In this document: piece after piece, positions 27,899 through 42,243 of the stretch
How positions within the stretch are numbered: the first letter of the stretch is position 1
How the letters are laid out: every line of letters starts with the position of its first letter
From: Phoronis australis
Taxonomy: Eukaryota; Animalia; Phoronida
NCBI GenBank assembly: GCA_002633005.1
Contig: NMRA01000327.1
Span: forward strand, 321,192-385,191
Length of the DNA stretch: 64,000 bases
Reading direction: 5' to 3'
The notes under the pieces: generated by a model
Told to the model about the DNA's origin: nothing
What the model saw: only the letters and a program-made list of their open reading frames with translations
Database searches by the model: none
Made by a program: the position numbers and the translations under genes

Positions 27899-28286
27899 TT
27901 AATATGCCAAAAGGAAGAGCTTACTACGGACTTATGTAACTTGAAATAAAGTCCGTTCCAGATCAAAATCTCCTGTTGCTAATACATATCCTTCAAGGTT
28001 TGCACAACTTTGCTGAACTTTCAAGTGCCAAGTATGGTCTCAACAGACTGCCAGTCCTTTGCAAACCCAGAAGTCACTTCTTTCTCATCAGAGTAAGGAA
28101 CAAGTTGAGATCAATTTTACATCAGTATGTGGTCTCAGTTAAAAATTATTCGATGGAACATGGGTTAATAGCCTCTTTCACAAGCCTTGTATTCTTTGAC
28201 ATGCCCCTAGTGTGTTTTTTTTAAATCTTGATGTTAAAGGGACGTTTCTCTTTACTCACCACCTAATACTGACATTGTCCACTTGA

Positions 28287-29844
28287 AGGAGAATGCCACC
28301 CAAAAATAACCTATTTTGTATCAATTTAGATCGAATAGTTCCGCTCGATAACAGCAAGTTTAGTTCCTTTACCTGACACCTGACGGCAGATGGAGGTGTT
28401 GAAATTAACCAATGACGTCAGAGGTTCAAACGCAGTCTGTTCAGCATTTCACAACATGCTTACTGGTGTCAGCTTATCACTTGAATTCATTGTTTTACAC
28501 CAATAAATCATCATAATTCGATGTAAATCACTTACAAACTCATCGAGTTCTTGAACAAACGTGTTGTATTATTTCGCTGTTACGGATTTGTACTGTAGCC
28601 TACAAAGTTCGGTAGGCCAGTTTACCAAGATTGGTCACAAGAGTTTGGTGTCTGTTCTGTGATAAATTCGTATGATTCTTCCGTCAAATAAAAACAGGAG
28701 AACATAGCTATGTATTGTAATTTTAGACTTGCGATTTTTTTTCAGTTATAAACAAACAAAGCCCTTGTTATCCTGGCTAGTGGCTCGGAACCAATCAGGC
28801 CCTTCGCGGCGAGACTGAAGACATCACGAACATAAACCAGCCAAAGTTGGAAACTAAACTTCCAGTCACGAAAAGACTATACTAGTGAGCCAAAGTAATT
28901 ATGTACACGTGATTATGTTGGTGAATTAGCCGCGAAACTGCAAATCTCACACGTCGGGGGCCGTGAAGTTAGGTTCCCCTTCCACAGAACTGTCAGAGCA
29001 AAAGTTGTACAGTAACAATGATTTGAATAATGTTATATGTACATCTAAATAAAGATTCCCCTTACATCTGGCCATAGCATATAAAATCGAGCTATTGTTT
29101 CACAACAGCTTTCTGTCACCAAACACTGAATTAGCATGTGCTCACACGGCCTCTGTATCCGTCCAATTAACTTTATTGCATCTAAAGTCGTTACCATAAT
29201 GATTTATTTGTTGCTGCCTTCTCAAAACATTTGCACTCACGAACACTCCAAAGGCATTACAAGTTGTATTTGATGAGACAGACTTTGACACTTTGTTTAA
29301 GTTTTATATTCACATTGGTTAGGGTGAGAATAATTCATTTTGAAACAGAATGTACAATTATAATAAACGTCAACATGGCAACTTGCAATCCCGACTTAGA
29401 CGAGTACTCATCAGTCTCTTTTTCTGCCCTGGCATGAGCTGTTTGGTAAGCTGGCATTCTTCAATGAAATCACTGTTAACGAAATGCCAGCCACAGACAT
29501 GGAGATGTTCCACAGCCTCATACTTGGTATTAACGGCTTAATTACTTTTCATTCTTCGCTGCCGCGAGCCACTTCAAGCATTTCGGGCTCTCGAGGAAAT
29601 CGTGAAAATGATATGCGTGCTTTCCTCGCAGCTTCATAGTTCGCACAAGCCGGAATGATACGCCACACCACAGCGGCACTCACTCTGCAGATGAACCACT
29701 GACATCACTGCATCATATACTCACTTTCCTCACAGGTTAAGGTAACATCTCTCGTCGAGGTAAGATTGACCGTATATGAGGTGATGTGGCTATAGACCAA
29801 TTAAGATGGTAAAAAAGACGAATTAAATTGTGTAGCGTTCTCCT
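28287..29844. mobile_element. Kolobok-like element copy B, inverted relative to copy A
   Basis: Starts aggagaatgccacccaaaaataacc (reverse complement of the right end of A), ends ttctcct|ttaa; reverse-complement similarity to A along its length. Confidence 0.85.
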
Positions 29845-30169
29845 TTAAGTTTACTGTCTAAAATTTCTCAAACTGCCCAAACTATAGCAGACTCCAATTT
29901 TCATCAGAAACGGAAATTCTGGTCTTCAACAAATAAACATTCTGTGAAAATACCCTTAATCTTAATAGTATGGGTATGATATTAATCACATGTAATGCCA
30001 AAATTCATTTTGATGTTGCTAGAAGCTTGTTATTGCTCTTGTCGCAAAGACCATTTAGAGACCAGTGTGTTCTACTGCAGGTACACTCTGTCTAATTCAA
30101 GATTTTCACTTCCATGCTGTAGGGTGGAAATGTCCTATTAGTTTGCGTGCTGAAGTATGTGAATTACCT

Positions 30170-30930
30170 TCTGTGAGTGGGTTCACACATGTTGAGCGCA
30201 CATCCTCTCCTCACAGGTACACCCACTTGGATAAAGCGTAAGGGTATTGGGTGTGATGTTTCCATAATGAGCTGATTGTGAAGTCTTCTCAGAGGACCTT
30301 TCGGTGGCCGGATGCTGACTGGCCAAAGGGAAACTCTAGTCGTAGAATGCAAAGCCCTCGTTATATTTGCCCAGCTTTTCTGTTCTGTTCTGTTCTGTTG
30401 TGCAGAGCACAATAATGTGGTGTTCAAGCAGCTTGATGTCAGGTGCATAAAGCTTCAGTGGCACAGCTATCACAGCCTGGCTGGCGACTAAATCTGCTTG
30501 GTTATTCAAAACATGCCGGCATGGCCATAGGGATATAGCTCCAGAAAACATGTTGGAGTAGGCAGACTTCCTGTAAAATGAGCCAGTTGGATGGGAGCAG
30601 ACCAGAGGAGATTCTAGTCAGCACAGCCTTCGAGTCTGTGGTCAAGATGATCATCGTCGTATCAGGGTGCAGCTCAGGGAGGAGGAGGAGGGTTTGTTGG
30701 ACTGTCTCGAACCTCATGCCTGTACAGTAGACCTCATGGTAGCTACATCCTTCTGCAAGTGTTAGATCATTCTGGCGAATCGGGTATCCCCAGCAAGCTC
30801 TGTTGGTATCCTGACAGAAGGAGCCGTCAGTGGCCACTATCAAGGCATCATCCCTATCTATCTTCCAGTGTAAGTCTTGGGCGTCTATTCTGGATGCCTT
30901 GGCAACAACGCCGACTGTCAACCAGAATTT
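30170..30930 (-). pseudogene. Decayed RNase H domain of a non-LTR retrotransposon
   Basis: LIVATDGSF (first catalytic Asp), IILTTDSKAVL, VFWSYIP and, after a frameshift, NNQADLVA. Confidence 0.75.
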
Positions 30931-31035
30931 CTCCTGTTCAGCCTCCCACATTGTAAGGGAAAGGAATACTAGGATGCTTAGTTGATGGAAGATGCACATC
31001 TGATTGCTGATAGTTACAATGACTCTCAGTGGTCT

Positions 31036-32134
31036 TATCACTCTGTGCGTGTAAGCGCAGAGTACTGTACAGTTGTTCCTGGGTTTTCTTCAATTTTATT
31101 CTTATTTTTATTCTTCTTCTTATTCTTCTTCCGACCAACTTAATAACTCCAAAATGGATTCAGGTATCTTCTTTAAATTCTGCATGTGATTTTAAGCAGT
31201 ACATAAATTTTGATTCGTTAAATAATCACAATCCATATTGCACCGGAAGAGGTCACTTGGTGCAAATGTCATGTAATTTTCAAAATGCTACTCCTTCATT
31301 TTTAAAGCTATTCTTTTCAAACTCAGTGCACAGGTATAAGTCAAGAAGGCAATTTAAAAAAATACTTTTCTAAGTAATTGGGTCATCCAATCAGGTGAAA
31401 TAGGTCAAAGGTCATTAGGTGCAAACTAAAATTTTGAGCTAGACACTTCAAATTGACAGGTCTGATTGGCACAGGTAATTCAATTTGGAATCCAAAGTTT
31501 CAGGTCATTTAGTGCAAACATGAAGTCATTAGGTGCATTTTTCTTCTGAAAATTTGACCTTTTCAATCAGCAAGTATTCTGATGTGTCAACCGTTAGACA
31601 ACATTTTTCAAGAATTCTTTTCAATTTCAGCACACTGGTGTAAGTCAACATGCCAATTGAATATCCTAGTTTACTTCGCAATAGGCCTAACCAATCAGAA
31701 AAAAATAGGTCAAAGGTCATTGAGTGCAAACTAAAATTTTGAGCTATAGACTTCAAAATTACATGTCTGTTTATTAAGTGCGATTCAGTTTGAATTCTAA
31801 ATTTTCAGGTCATTTGGTGCACCCATGGGGTCATTAGGTGCACTTTTCTTCTGAAAGTTTGACCAATTCAGTCATCTTATATTCTGAAGTGCTTAAAGTA
31901 AAACATCTGTGATTTTTAGCATTAACCACACTTTTAATCGAGTTAACAATTACTCCCTCATCGGGGCTCATAATGCACCGGAAGAGGTCAATTAGTGGAA
32001 AGGTCATCAAAAATTAATATGTAATTGCTCCTACAATTTTAAAGAATTCCTTTTCATATTGGTAAACGGGTTGCTGTCAGTAACTTCCCATAATAATTCC
32101 AGTAATACGCATGCGCAGAGTCCGTTATTGTCAC
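31036..32134 (+). mobile_element. Helentron/DINE-1-like family A, third copy
   Basis: Same 5' hairpin, microsatellite, body and 3' end (gcgcagagtccgttattgtcac) as 21357-22597, with an internal deletion. Confidence 0.8.
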
Positions 32135-34067
32135 CAGAATATGCCTATTTAAAATCTTTGGGTTTGCACCTGTTTCATGCAATTTTCATTGTGTGTTTTA
32201 AGTTTTTATATGGAACAGTAGTGACACCTGTTGCCAAAATGTAAACCACATGTCATCTGTGCGTTACTCTTGCGTTCATAAGTGCAGCTCTGATGACTCA
32301 TTGTACAGAATATAAAAGCTAGTTAAGATGATGTAAACTTTATAGCAGCAACTTGAATTGAGATCACCTAAAACCTAATGCACTGACCGTTCAACCAATA
32401 TCTCTAATATTTGGTAAGCTACTTGGCTGTTTTCGTTAATTTAAACACAAAAGCCTTGGTCCAAGCAGTTTTTTGCTAAAGAAGCTCAGTTCACTGGCTG
32501 TTTTTTGTAAACTTAGATGTGACTTGAAAATGTGCATCTCGTTTTTTATGACAACCCTATTAATCGCCAATCAACAGTCTTGTCTTCCCTTTCAGCAGAG
32601 TAGTTTTGAGTTGCTAAGGCTCTCAAGCCATTTACTTGTTTCTGGGACTACATGAATGACATATGAGTCATCTGTAAACCTAAAGTGTAGGCCTACTCCG
32701 GCGATTCAAGGGTGTGAACCTATATGCATACCACTCCAAAGTTGCACATCAACAGAGAACAAGGACAATCCTAAGTGAAAGAGTATCTAGGCTTGGCTCT
32801 GTTAAGCGATTATAATGACATAGCTTACTATTCAAGTCTTTCAATATATTACCGCAAACATTCAGGTTAACGACTGTGCTCATACATGCAATTACTCCTT
32901 ACTTTTGAAGTGTTGCATAATAAGCGTTCACTGCTTTACTAAGTGTCCCCCCCTCAAGTTTTTATTGAGAATTTCCAATCAAGCGCCCACACTTCAGGTT
33001 AGCTCCCGTCATAGTGCACTAAAAACGACTGTGCTTGGTTTGAAATTGACATGCAGCCTATGTAGTGAGTGGCACTATCATTCTACACGGCAACAAGTTC
33101 AGTTTTTAAAAATGCCGTCTTTTCTCAATATTTAAAAACCAAATCATGGCTTTGTTTTATTCCTCTGAAAGGAAGTAAAACTAGTTACATGGACAGCAGG
33201 GTCACGTGTCGTTTTGTAGGTGACCTGTTTTTCCAGTGCATAGAAGGTATTGCGGATCAGCGAAACTTGAATTACACAACGGAAACTCGCATGTAGTTGA
33301 GAATTATTTCAAGGCCTCTCATTTCATGGCAAACTAATTGTTGAATACGTAAACAGCATGAGTTCCACATTTTGCGTTGTAAAATTTGCACTGAATTGTT
33401 TCCACGTATAAATACGTCATTCGGCTAAGGGCTAAAACAACATTTCATGGATTGTTTTGACAATATGTTTTTCAAATATCGAGGTAAGTTGCAAATTTGG
33501 GCTGCGAACAAATGAAGGGAATTTGCATTCAGAGTTAGCTTGGATCTTTAATGACTTTGATGACAGTCATATAGCAGGTCAGTCCTAGCAAAGTAGCGGA
33601 CACTTTGTCAATGAGCATTTTTTTCCTTTTCACATTGCAAACTTAGCTGCTCGAATGCATATGTCGGTTCAACTTTCATGCCGGCAACTTGCCTTGTGCT
33701 CTTGAGCCTTTCAATGATGGTCTTAAAGAACAGTAACGCCGTACTTAAATGTAAGAATTCAGTTTTGCGACCTGAAATTTGTGAGTATTACGCCGCAGGT
33801 AAAAGCATAATCTTAACATTTTCTCAATGAAGTAAAAATCAATTTTAGCGCGTAAAAATGTCGGGAAACTTTTAGACCTGGAATTTATAATCAATGTGAC
33901 CTCGATTTTGAAAATGCGACCTGGGATTTTGGCTAGGTCGCAAAATGCGACCTTACGATTTTCATAGCATTGAGTGCTGCTTAGTTAAAATTTTTTTGTG
34001 TTCTTGTCAAATATCATCTCCACCAAGTGCCTGTAGCATCAGCTGATTATGTTTTGATATTTTGCAG

Positions 34068-34222
34068 GTTCACACCAATGGTTATCAAGGTTACATTATC
34101 GTGAATGCCAGTTTAGTGTGCAAAAATGAACCTCATTATGTGCACCCGCATGAACTGACTGGGCAAAACTGTTCCAATGGTTACTTTTATCTAATGGAAT
34201 CTGTCAACCAATCAGTGGAAAT
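34068..34222 (+). CDS. Rel: Rel/NF-kB exon 3
   Basis: ttgcag|GTT ... AT|gtgagt. VHTNGYQGYIIVNASLVCKNEPHYVHPHELTGQNCSNGYF resembles RelA NGYTG..[21 protein letters not shown]. Confidence 0.93.
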
Positions 34223-34860
34223 GTGAGTAGAATTGTACTGGGCTTACTATTGCTTTCAACTTAATTTGTGAAGTCAGACAAAATGTGCTTTATTTAGTTG
34301 TTTGCGAGGAAACAATTAGATGTTGATTATTTTGTCAGATTTAAGTGTCAGTGTATGACACTTTTTCAACAGGGTTAGTGTCATGTCCATCCTTCCTCAT
34401 GAATGTAGGGTGTACACTGCCATCACCTTCGTGGATCTCCTAAAACGGTTGTGGATGTCTTTTAAAATTGCAGGAATGTCCCTAATCTAGATTGGGCGCA
34501 TTTCAATGCTGTGGTCACATTTCAGTGCTTTGCGTTGTTCTTGTTATTGCATTACTTTAGGTGATCCTAACATAAGTTGTCACAAGGAATTCTAATTTCA
34601 AAAGCGCTCAAGTTAAACAATCACCAATTTTAGGCCACAATACATTAATTTATATGCGCTAACTGCGAAGCGATACCGAAGCTAGTTTACAGTCAATAAT
34701 AAAAATAATTGCAGGTGGTCTGATACACGTTGTACCAGACGTGCGCAGGCCTCACATGTAGGCCCATTGCACTGATCACCTGGAAATATTTTTATGCTTT
34801 ATCAATATATAGTTAAAACTGAGCTGAGGAGCTAGAAACCTGGCTCAAGGGTTTAGCAGT

Positions 34861-34932
34861 GTGACCTGGTGGGACTCAAACCCACGACCTCGAGTAGAGA
34901 AAGCGGGCACTTATCAACCAGGCCACACTGCC
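34861..34932 (-). repeat. tRNA-derived sequence (SINE head or tRNA pseudogene)
   Basis: A-box-like tggcctggttg and B-box/T-arm gtgggtttgagtcccac; acceptor and anticodon stems do not pair. Confidence 0.55.
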
Positions 34933-37900
34933 TCCTCAGTTTACAGTGAAACAACTCATTTAAATGAGATAAAAGTTCATATATATTATGACAAACTAAA
35001 CTACTACAGATATCGATAAATACAAACGTTATATAATATGTTGAGCTGTAAAGGTGGGTGATAATCTGCCGGACATGTATACATAAGTGTTGAACTAGGA
35101 AGAGAAGTAACAATATGCGGAAGCAACACAGCAACACCGGGACAGCGACATGGGGAAATAAAGTGTAAACAGGGAAGGAAAAAAATGGTTTGAGGGAGGG
35201 AGGGAAATAGAAATTGACTGAAAACTCGAAACTTGCAGAGAATTATGGACAATGGCCCAGTGTTGCGACAATGCAAAGAGATCACGTGGTACAATTAAAC
35301 CAATAATCGTAGAATAGAGAGGGTCACTGACCCAAGAATTCAAACAATATGATAATGAAGACGAAGCAGTATAGCTTGTATAAAATAATTTAATACTTAA
35401 ATAATGTTTGTATGCGCTAACTGCAAAGTGATACCGAAGCTAGTTTACCGTGAAACAACACGCGTAGGTGAGAAAGAAGGTCGTACATAATATGACAAAC
35501 TAAACTACTACAGATATCGATGAATACAAACATTATATAATATGTTGAGCTGTAAAGGTGGGTGACAATCTACCACAGATGCAGCAGAAGGATGCATCCG
35601 CCCACCCAAATTTATTTTAGCCTGTGTTTTATTGCTCTGACGTCCTCACTTATGTGGTAATTGACCTATCGCCAGGATTATGACGGACGGCTTAATTGAC
35701 CAATCAGAACAAAGCCTTCTTGGCACACCTTTGTCTGCGTTTCCAAGCCGCCATTATACCCGACAAACCACACGTAGTCGAGTAAAACTTACTTTGGTCT
35801 ATAGCTCAAGAAATTGTCCGCTAAGAATGGGGAAACGGTGTTGATATGGCGTTTGTAGCACCAAAAGCCGTTATGCTGCTCCAGAATAATATCCTTCATT
35901 TTTTGGCATGTCCTAAGCCGAAAAATGATGTTGAAAAGCGTAATTGATCAAACTGTACGGCCACACGAGCAGCTGAACTTAGCGATGTTGCTTGATAACT
36001 CGAAGGCTATAATAAACACAAATATATTAGTTCCAAGATACGCACTTTTCAGCTTGGTGGCTATGGTGAAGGGCTATCTCAGGCTCCCGAGTTTCCTACG
36101 TCTGGCCGCCTTTGTCTCGACACCTGCTGGATCTCAGCACTCTAGCGGTATAGTCCCCAGAAATTGTTGTTTTCAAGGACATTTTTATTTTATGTTTTTT
36201 TATTTATTTCAACCTAACAGAGGTACATTTTTGTTATTCATAAAACCGTAGGCTGGCGTTCAACTGAACTTCTCTCCCTGTCAAAATTCAGAGATTCCAT
36301 CGGCACAGGGAGGGCAACGGGATTACTGCCGGTAACTCAAAGCCCCAAGTTGGTCGAGCTGTTGTCACTAAAAATAAACTGTTGAATTACTTTTTGACGT
36401 GTACCTCTAGTATACACTATGTCTGTAGAGTTAGACAGAGCTCATTTTGAAGTTGTTCAAACATGATGTGTAGATTTATGAAGCTTTAAAAAAGAATTTG
36501 AGTTATTTTTGTAAATACCCTATTTTTGCAACTACCACACCAGACTTGTAATTGTTTGTAACCATACCACGACTTAGTGATCATGCTACCTTCAAAATTA
36601 AATGAAAGCTACCTTTATAGAATGAAACTACAAAAAAATGCCAAGTTCATCAGAAGGTAGGCCTAATTTAAACAGTCTTAATGGTGCAAACGGACAATTC
36701 CTCCCCCACAAGCATAATGAAACAGCAAGAGCGTGAAGCATGAGGAAATATTGAGTTCAGTAACTAGGACCGGTAGCGGAATTGTGTTCCTGTTTTTTTC
36801 TAGTCCACCGATAGATTTTCTGAACAGAAGGTCCAAAGGTCTGCATCCTCGGCCCCTGCAACTTTCGGGCCGCCTTTGTACATACAATTGCACTTTTCCC
36901 AATTCCACGAGGCAACATGTTGGACCCCTCTTGTGGTATCCTAGAACTGCACTGAGTTCCAGACATTAACTTGACTTAGACACAACCCTAGACCTACCCG
37001 GCCGGAGCAAACTCATTGGACGAGATGAATGTGTACATGAGCTATGAACCTGAATTTTTTTATCAAAATATTTCGTTAAGATTAGAAAAGCGTAAACAGT
37101 GCTGTCGAGTCGACCTAGTCATGTGATGTCTGTAATCTATGACCTACTTTACTCCAGGAGTCCCACCAGTTGTGACCTACTTTTTATTTGGCGAAATTTA
37201 GCAGACGACAGAATAAAAATATCGGTGAATTTTCACTGATTTTATTCCAAAGATCATGAAATCTATGGAATCGAACAGATAATTCGACTTTAAGGTACAT
37301 ACCCAGCTTTACATGAACATATCGTATCAGTGGCCTTGTCATTTGTCAGGTGAAGGTGGCCCCGAGGCAGAAGGGATTTTCGCTGGCTCCTCGAGCCATT
37401 TTTTCATCGTCACCTTTACAAATTCCCATATCATGAACGTATGATTCTCTGTTGAAAAGCATCGCCTCTTGTCTCTGTCGAAGCGTTTTCAAATAGTGCA
37501 AAAACACTCATCGATTCCACCAGGAACGTCGTTTAGCGACAGTGTATTTGCCTCTGACATCTCGTTCGAATGTCGGGTATCACGTGACTTTTCGCATAGG
37601 GGCGGAGCTTGCGATAGGTCAATTGCTCTGCCCAACTCAAAAGGACTTTATATGAGCATTCCTGATAAACAGGCTTTTTAACCACAGTGGTTGTTGTACA
37701 ATTCTGTCAACAGAGTACAAGGTGCTGTGAAATGGGTCGAGTTTGTAATATAAAGCGAGACAGTATAGCTAACATTGATTTTGAGTCAAGTTCAACTACT
37801 AAGTACTGTACATCAATCAGTGGCAACTTAAGTTTTCTTTGCGTATTTTCTATATCTTCTAAGTTCCTTGATGAATGTTTGTGAAATTTGGCAAATAAGT

Positions 37901-38094
37901 TTCTGTCATGGAGGCGGTTTCTTTGTATCTGCCTCAATATCTACTTAGTAATTTGTTGTATTTTATGAACTTTTAGCTGTCGTTAACTATGGCGCACCAA
38001 AACAGCAATATTATGCATCCGTGTATTTATATATGGGTGCTCTACCAAAAGATCTCGCACTGATGAACACGAGTAAAGTTTGAATAAAGACAAC

Positions 38095-38660
38095 TTTTCT
38101 AAAATGTAGCAACATGTTTCAGCAGTAAAACGTTCATCATTGTCAAGCTTTATTCAGAGAATGGATGCCAAGATGGCTACAAGTACCATACACAAAAAAA
38201 TACAAAACACGTAAAAATACCTGAACAGTGTTGGCTAGCAATTAGCAAACAACAACTCAGTATAACAGTGTCAACAACTCATGGCAAACCTGTGCATGGA
38301 GTGAGGGCATTTCTGAAGACCGAATGTGAATTGCTTCACACAGTTTCAAGCGTAGCGATTAGTATAACTGCCAATAATCATAAAGCTGTGTTCTCCAGCG
38401 ACCTCTGTACAAGCAGCATTGTTTTCCAAGTGTCTAAAGATTTGTGAATTCTTATTACTAACTACGAAGTGTTCCTTAATCCTTGTAGTCAAACGGCGAG
38501 TTGTCTCACCAATGTTAGTTGCTTGACAACAACTACAGTCAAATTTATACACTACATGGGATTTTAGAGCAAAAAGAATCTTATCTTTAACACCAAGTAA
38601 ACTTGCAATCTTGCACGACTTATATGCAAGCTGAACATTCATTTTTTTCATTTTCCTCTT
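38095..38660 (-). mobile_element. Penelope-like element 3' fragment (GIY-YIG endonuclease), decayed
   Basis: KDK...KSHVVYKFDCSCCQATNIGETTRRLTTRIKEH...SQIFRHL is the VVY...YIGET.R.L..R..EH signature. Confidence 0.85.
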
Positions 38661-38689
38661 TCTCTGAACCGTTTTATCAGGTTTTATGA

Positions 38690-39173
38690 AATTGCTATTA
38701 AAATGATGACATGTTCCTGTTTTCGGATGGGTTCAACATGTGTTGGGCCATCTAGTGGCCATTTTTCTATTTTTAGTATGTTTTTGGCAACCGCCCCTCT
38801 ATCAGTCAAACCACTACCACTCTAAGGATGATTGTGAAAAATAGCATATAGGTTCGTAGTGTGAGGAGGACGGTTATAGGTGATTTTCTGACGAGTTCAA
38901 CTACTGGCACCTCCTTGTAGCAGTTATTTTTTGCACCCGTAGCCTTCTTGTGACAATTTCATTTTTTCCATTTCCTCAGTTTCTCAGAAGTTCCTTGATG
39001 GATTTGTGTGAAATTTGGTAAATAGCTTTGATGACATATACCAGTTTTCGGATGGATTTGACGTATTTTGCGCCATCTAGTGGCCATTTTTATGTTACAA
39101 ATAAATACCCCTAGAAGCACACCGTTTGCGGTGCATTCGTGGATGCATTTCAATGCTCTACCCTGCTCTTGTT
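38690..39173 (+). mobile_element. Helentron/DINE-1-like family B, 3' fragment
   Basis: gcgccatctagtggcca modules and the family 3' end gtggatgcatttcaatgctct...ctcttgtt. Confidence 0.7.
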
Positions 39174-39385
39174 ATGAAATTGGGTTTCAACTATGAAGAC
39201 GACAGCACCTTTCCATTGTTGAGTTATTTACTTCAAATTGTTCAATTTTGTTAGTTTTTTAGATTATTTCAGCTTAAACTTAAACTTTCAATCATTGTCT
39301 GAATTTTTTTTACTTGTTTTCTTGTCTTGCTTATTAAGCAAATGTTTTTTGTTATCTGATTCTCACTTTTCTAGTTTCTTTCTAG

Positions 39386-39477
39386 TAAATTTAAGGATGT
39401 TAGTGTGCAGCGAACCAAAAAAAATGAAATCTGGGAGAAGCTCCGACAGAGGGTGTCACTGTGTGATCCATATAGCT
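39386..39477 (+). CDS. Rel: Rel/NF-kB exon 4
   Basis: tttctag|T ... T|gtaagt; phases fit both neighbours. KFKDVSVQRTKKNEIWEKLRQRVSLCDPYS aligns with [30 protein letters not shown]. Confidence 0.88.
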
Positions 39478-39854
39478 GTAAGTTTTCTTTTTAAAGTGAA
39501 CAAACTTATTATCTTTTGTTATAATTATTGTTTTTGTTCAGTTTGGTGCGTTTTACTTAGTCTGGAATGCCTTTTGAATCTTTTTTAGTTGATATAAATG
39601 CATGTGGTAGATTTCACAATCAGCTGGATATATGCTTGGGAATATAGGTCAGTATGAACAAGACCAAAGTGAAAAAATTTCATTTTCCAAATTGACATAT
39701 TGCGAATGTTTTCTTTACTAGTATCTGATGTGAATTAAATTAACATGTGCACTTGACAGCACGTGATGTGTCGAAAGATGACAATGCCGACAAGACATTA
39801 TTCTTTCCTTACACCACTCCACCGGAGGTCATCAGTGAAACTATACACTATATA

Positions 39855-42243
39855 CCGTAATCGTTCGGGTTAACGCTCATGTTCAGTTAACCGCCCATCC
39901 CCGACTTTAAGTGGATTTCCGATTTAACCGCCCACTGCTCGGTTAACCGCCCTCCCCCGATTTTTTAAGAGTTAAGCGCCCACTTCTCGGTTAAGCGCCC
40001 ACCCCGACTTTTAAAGAATGAAGATTTAGCGCCTAGTGCTAAGGAAACTCGCGATTCCCCGACTTTTAGAAAAAGATCGATGATCACAACGAGTGCATCG
40101 ACGCTGGGACTCCGAGAGGGTGGTTTAGCAATCTGAATCACAATACAGGTAAAGAGTTATTGTCTTGGGTCATGAACTCACTTCAAAATACTTGAACTTT
40201 TTGTCACTTTATTTTCTTCCCTTGTTTGCAAAGTTTAAGAACGCCGCCGGCGTCAAAACCTCCGCTTTCAGCGACTTTGTCTGCCGCACTGAGTTTCCGT
40301 CTACAGTGCATTAGATAAAACATATATTCGAAAAAAATCAGGCCAGAGAAATGTGACAATGGTTTTGCCAACCCTCCAAATTCTATTAAGGTGGGAAGCT
40401 CTCGTATTTTGAACAAATCTCACAACTCACGGAAAGACGTCAAATTCTCAATATTTTGGTGAATATAACTGCCGGGTTATAGAGGATGTGGGGCGACCGA
40501 AGGGACAGTACAAGTGTCTTACTGGGTTACCGATTTCGTTGCTGCCTGTCGATTTCTGAATTCAAACGTTGGCAATAATGTATGTTTGTGTATGATCTTG
40601 AAGTAATAAAAAACGGCTAGTTTTTCGCTTACTGCATCTCAGTCAAACTGGTTAGCAGATTCAGTGTCGCTGGCTGTTCTTTACTATTTCTCGCGTCAGC
40701 CCCCACGTAAGCGTGACTGTGTGAATTATCGTTTCCACATCCCCTTTTTAGCCATCCGGAATAGTTTTGTTCATACATTGGCCATTTTCAGCCGGAACAA
40801 AAATTCTTACCATTCGAGTCTGAAATATGTACGACGTAGACTGCTTGACGATAGTGGGTAGGAGATTTACGCAGTTAGTTACAGGGATGGGCTTAGGGAG
40901 CATCGAGCCGGGAAATATGGGAATAGACTTGACATCGCAGTTTTGGGGAACATTGGCAACGGAGGAATATCGTAAAGAACTGGGTCTTTCGTAACAACAG
41001 CTTAAAAGTACATAGTCACGCCCGTTTTTGTTACTTCGGACTGTCGCTATGTGTGACTGATTTGTAGTGGTGCACGTGCACAAGTTCCCACACTGGAGTG
41101 CATGTTACCTTGACACCAACATGTGATTGACAGGTGACTCACACGTAGGCCCTACGTGCTTGCTGAATACTGCCACTATCTTTAGCCATAAAAAACGAGA
41201 TGCATATTGAAAGAGGCCATTATATTACTTGACGGCATTTCCAAGTCACGATTGTCAGCCGACTGAGACATTGCGCGATAACAGCGGGACCGAACAGTCC
41301 CGTAGTGCGATATTACAAGTGATATGAATAGGATAATCTGGACATCTTGCATGAAAATAAATGTTTTTCCACCACGAAGTTTGGTAAGGTGATCGTTTAG
41401 AATATTGAATTGAAACATTGCCGTTTTCTGACATTTTGTAACACATTTATGCAGTTGCTTGAAATTTTATTCTTGATCGACGACTGGCTCGACCACCCCC
41501 GATCCTTGTCTTACTTCTTTGCATAGCATGTTTGGCGCAACGGCAAGAGAGCAATGCCGGGCTGTCGAGATAAGACAGCTAGCCGCAGAACCATACGCTG
41601 AAAATGTCATTGAGTCACGGAGTGTCGACTATAACACACCAAACACAAAAAAACAGCCGAGTTAAGTTTTTCAAACTTTTACTACAACCAATTTTAAAAC
41701 TGCTCTCTGACTCAGAACTTGACAGCTACATATAGTACGAGACCATAAATTTGATGTCTGACCTCTGCAACACGTGAAGCTTGCACGCGCGCACTTAAAC
41801 AAGATCATATCTTGAAACAGTTATAATTCTAGTGGAGGTTTCGTGGTCACTGGTCGTCTGCGCACGGCAGGACGGCACGGGGCTATTACTCAGCAATTTT
41901 GTAAATTTAATAGTGAATGACTAATCTGAGGGCAAGAGAACCTTTGTTGGGATCATCCGCTGTTATGACGTTTTCACAGTCATTTGGCGACGTGACGCTG
42001 AAGCTCTTTGAAAAGGGCTACGCGTTCCGAGTATGAGTGTTGTGTCGGGATTTAGATCGCTAGGTAAGATTAACCGCCCAGGGCGGTTGACTGTCGTAAT
42101 AAGCGCCCATGTTCGGTTAACCGCCCACCCCCTACTTTAGGTGGATATTCGATTTAACCGCCCACTGCTCGGTTAACCGCCCTCCCCCGATTTTTTAGGT
42201 TCGCCAATTTAACCGCCCAGGGCGTTAACCCGAACGATTACGG
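39855..42243. mobile_element. Tc1/mariner-superfamily (pogo-like) non-autonomous element, 2.4 kb
   Basis: Perfect 22-bp TIR ccgtaatcgttcgggttaacgc, TA TSD on both sides, many ttaaccgccc subterminal motifs; no transposase ORF recognised. Confidence 0.9.

Noticed and set aside
34861-34932. Functional tRNA gene
   Set aside because: Only the T-arm and A/B boxes are recognisable; acceptor and anticodon stems do not pair
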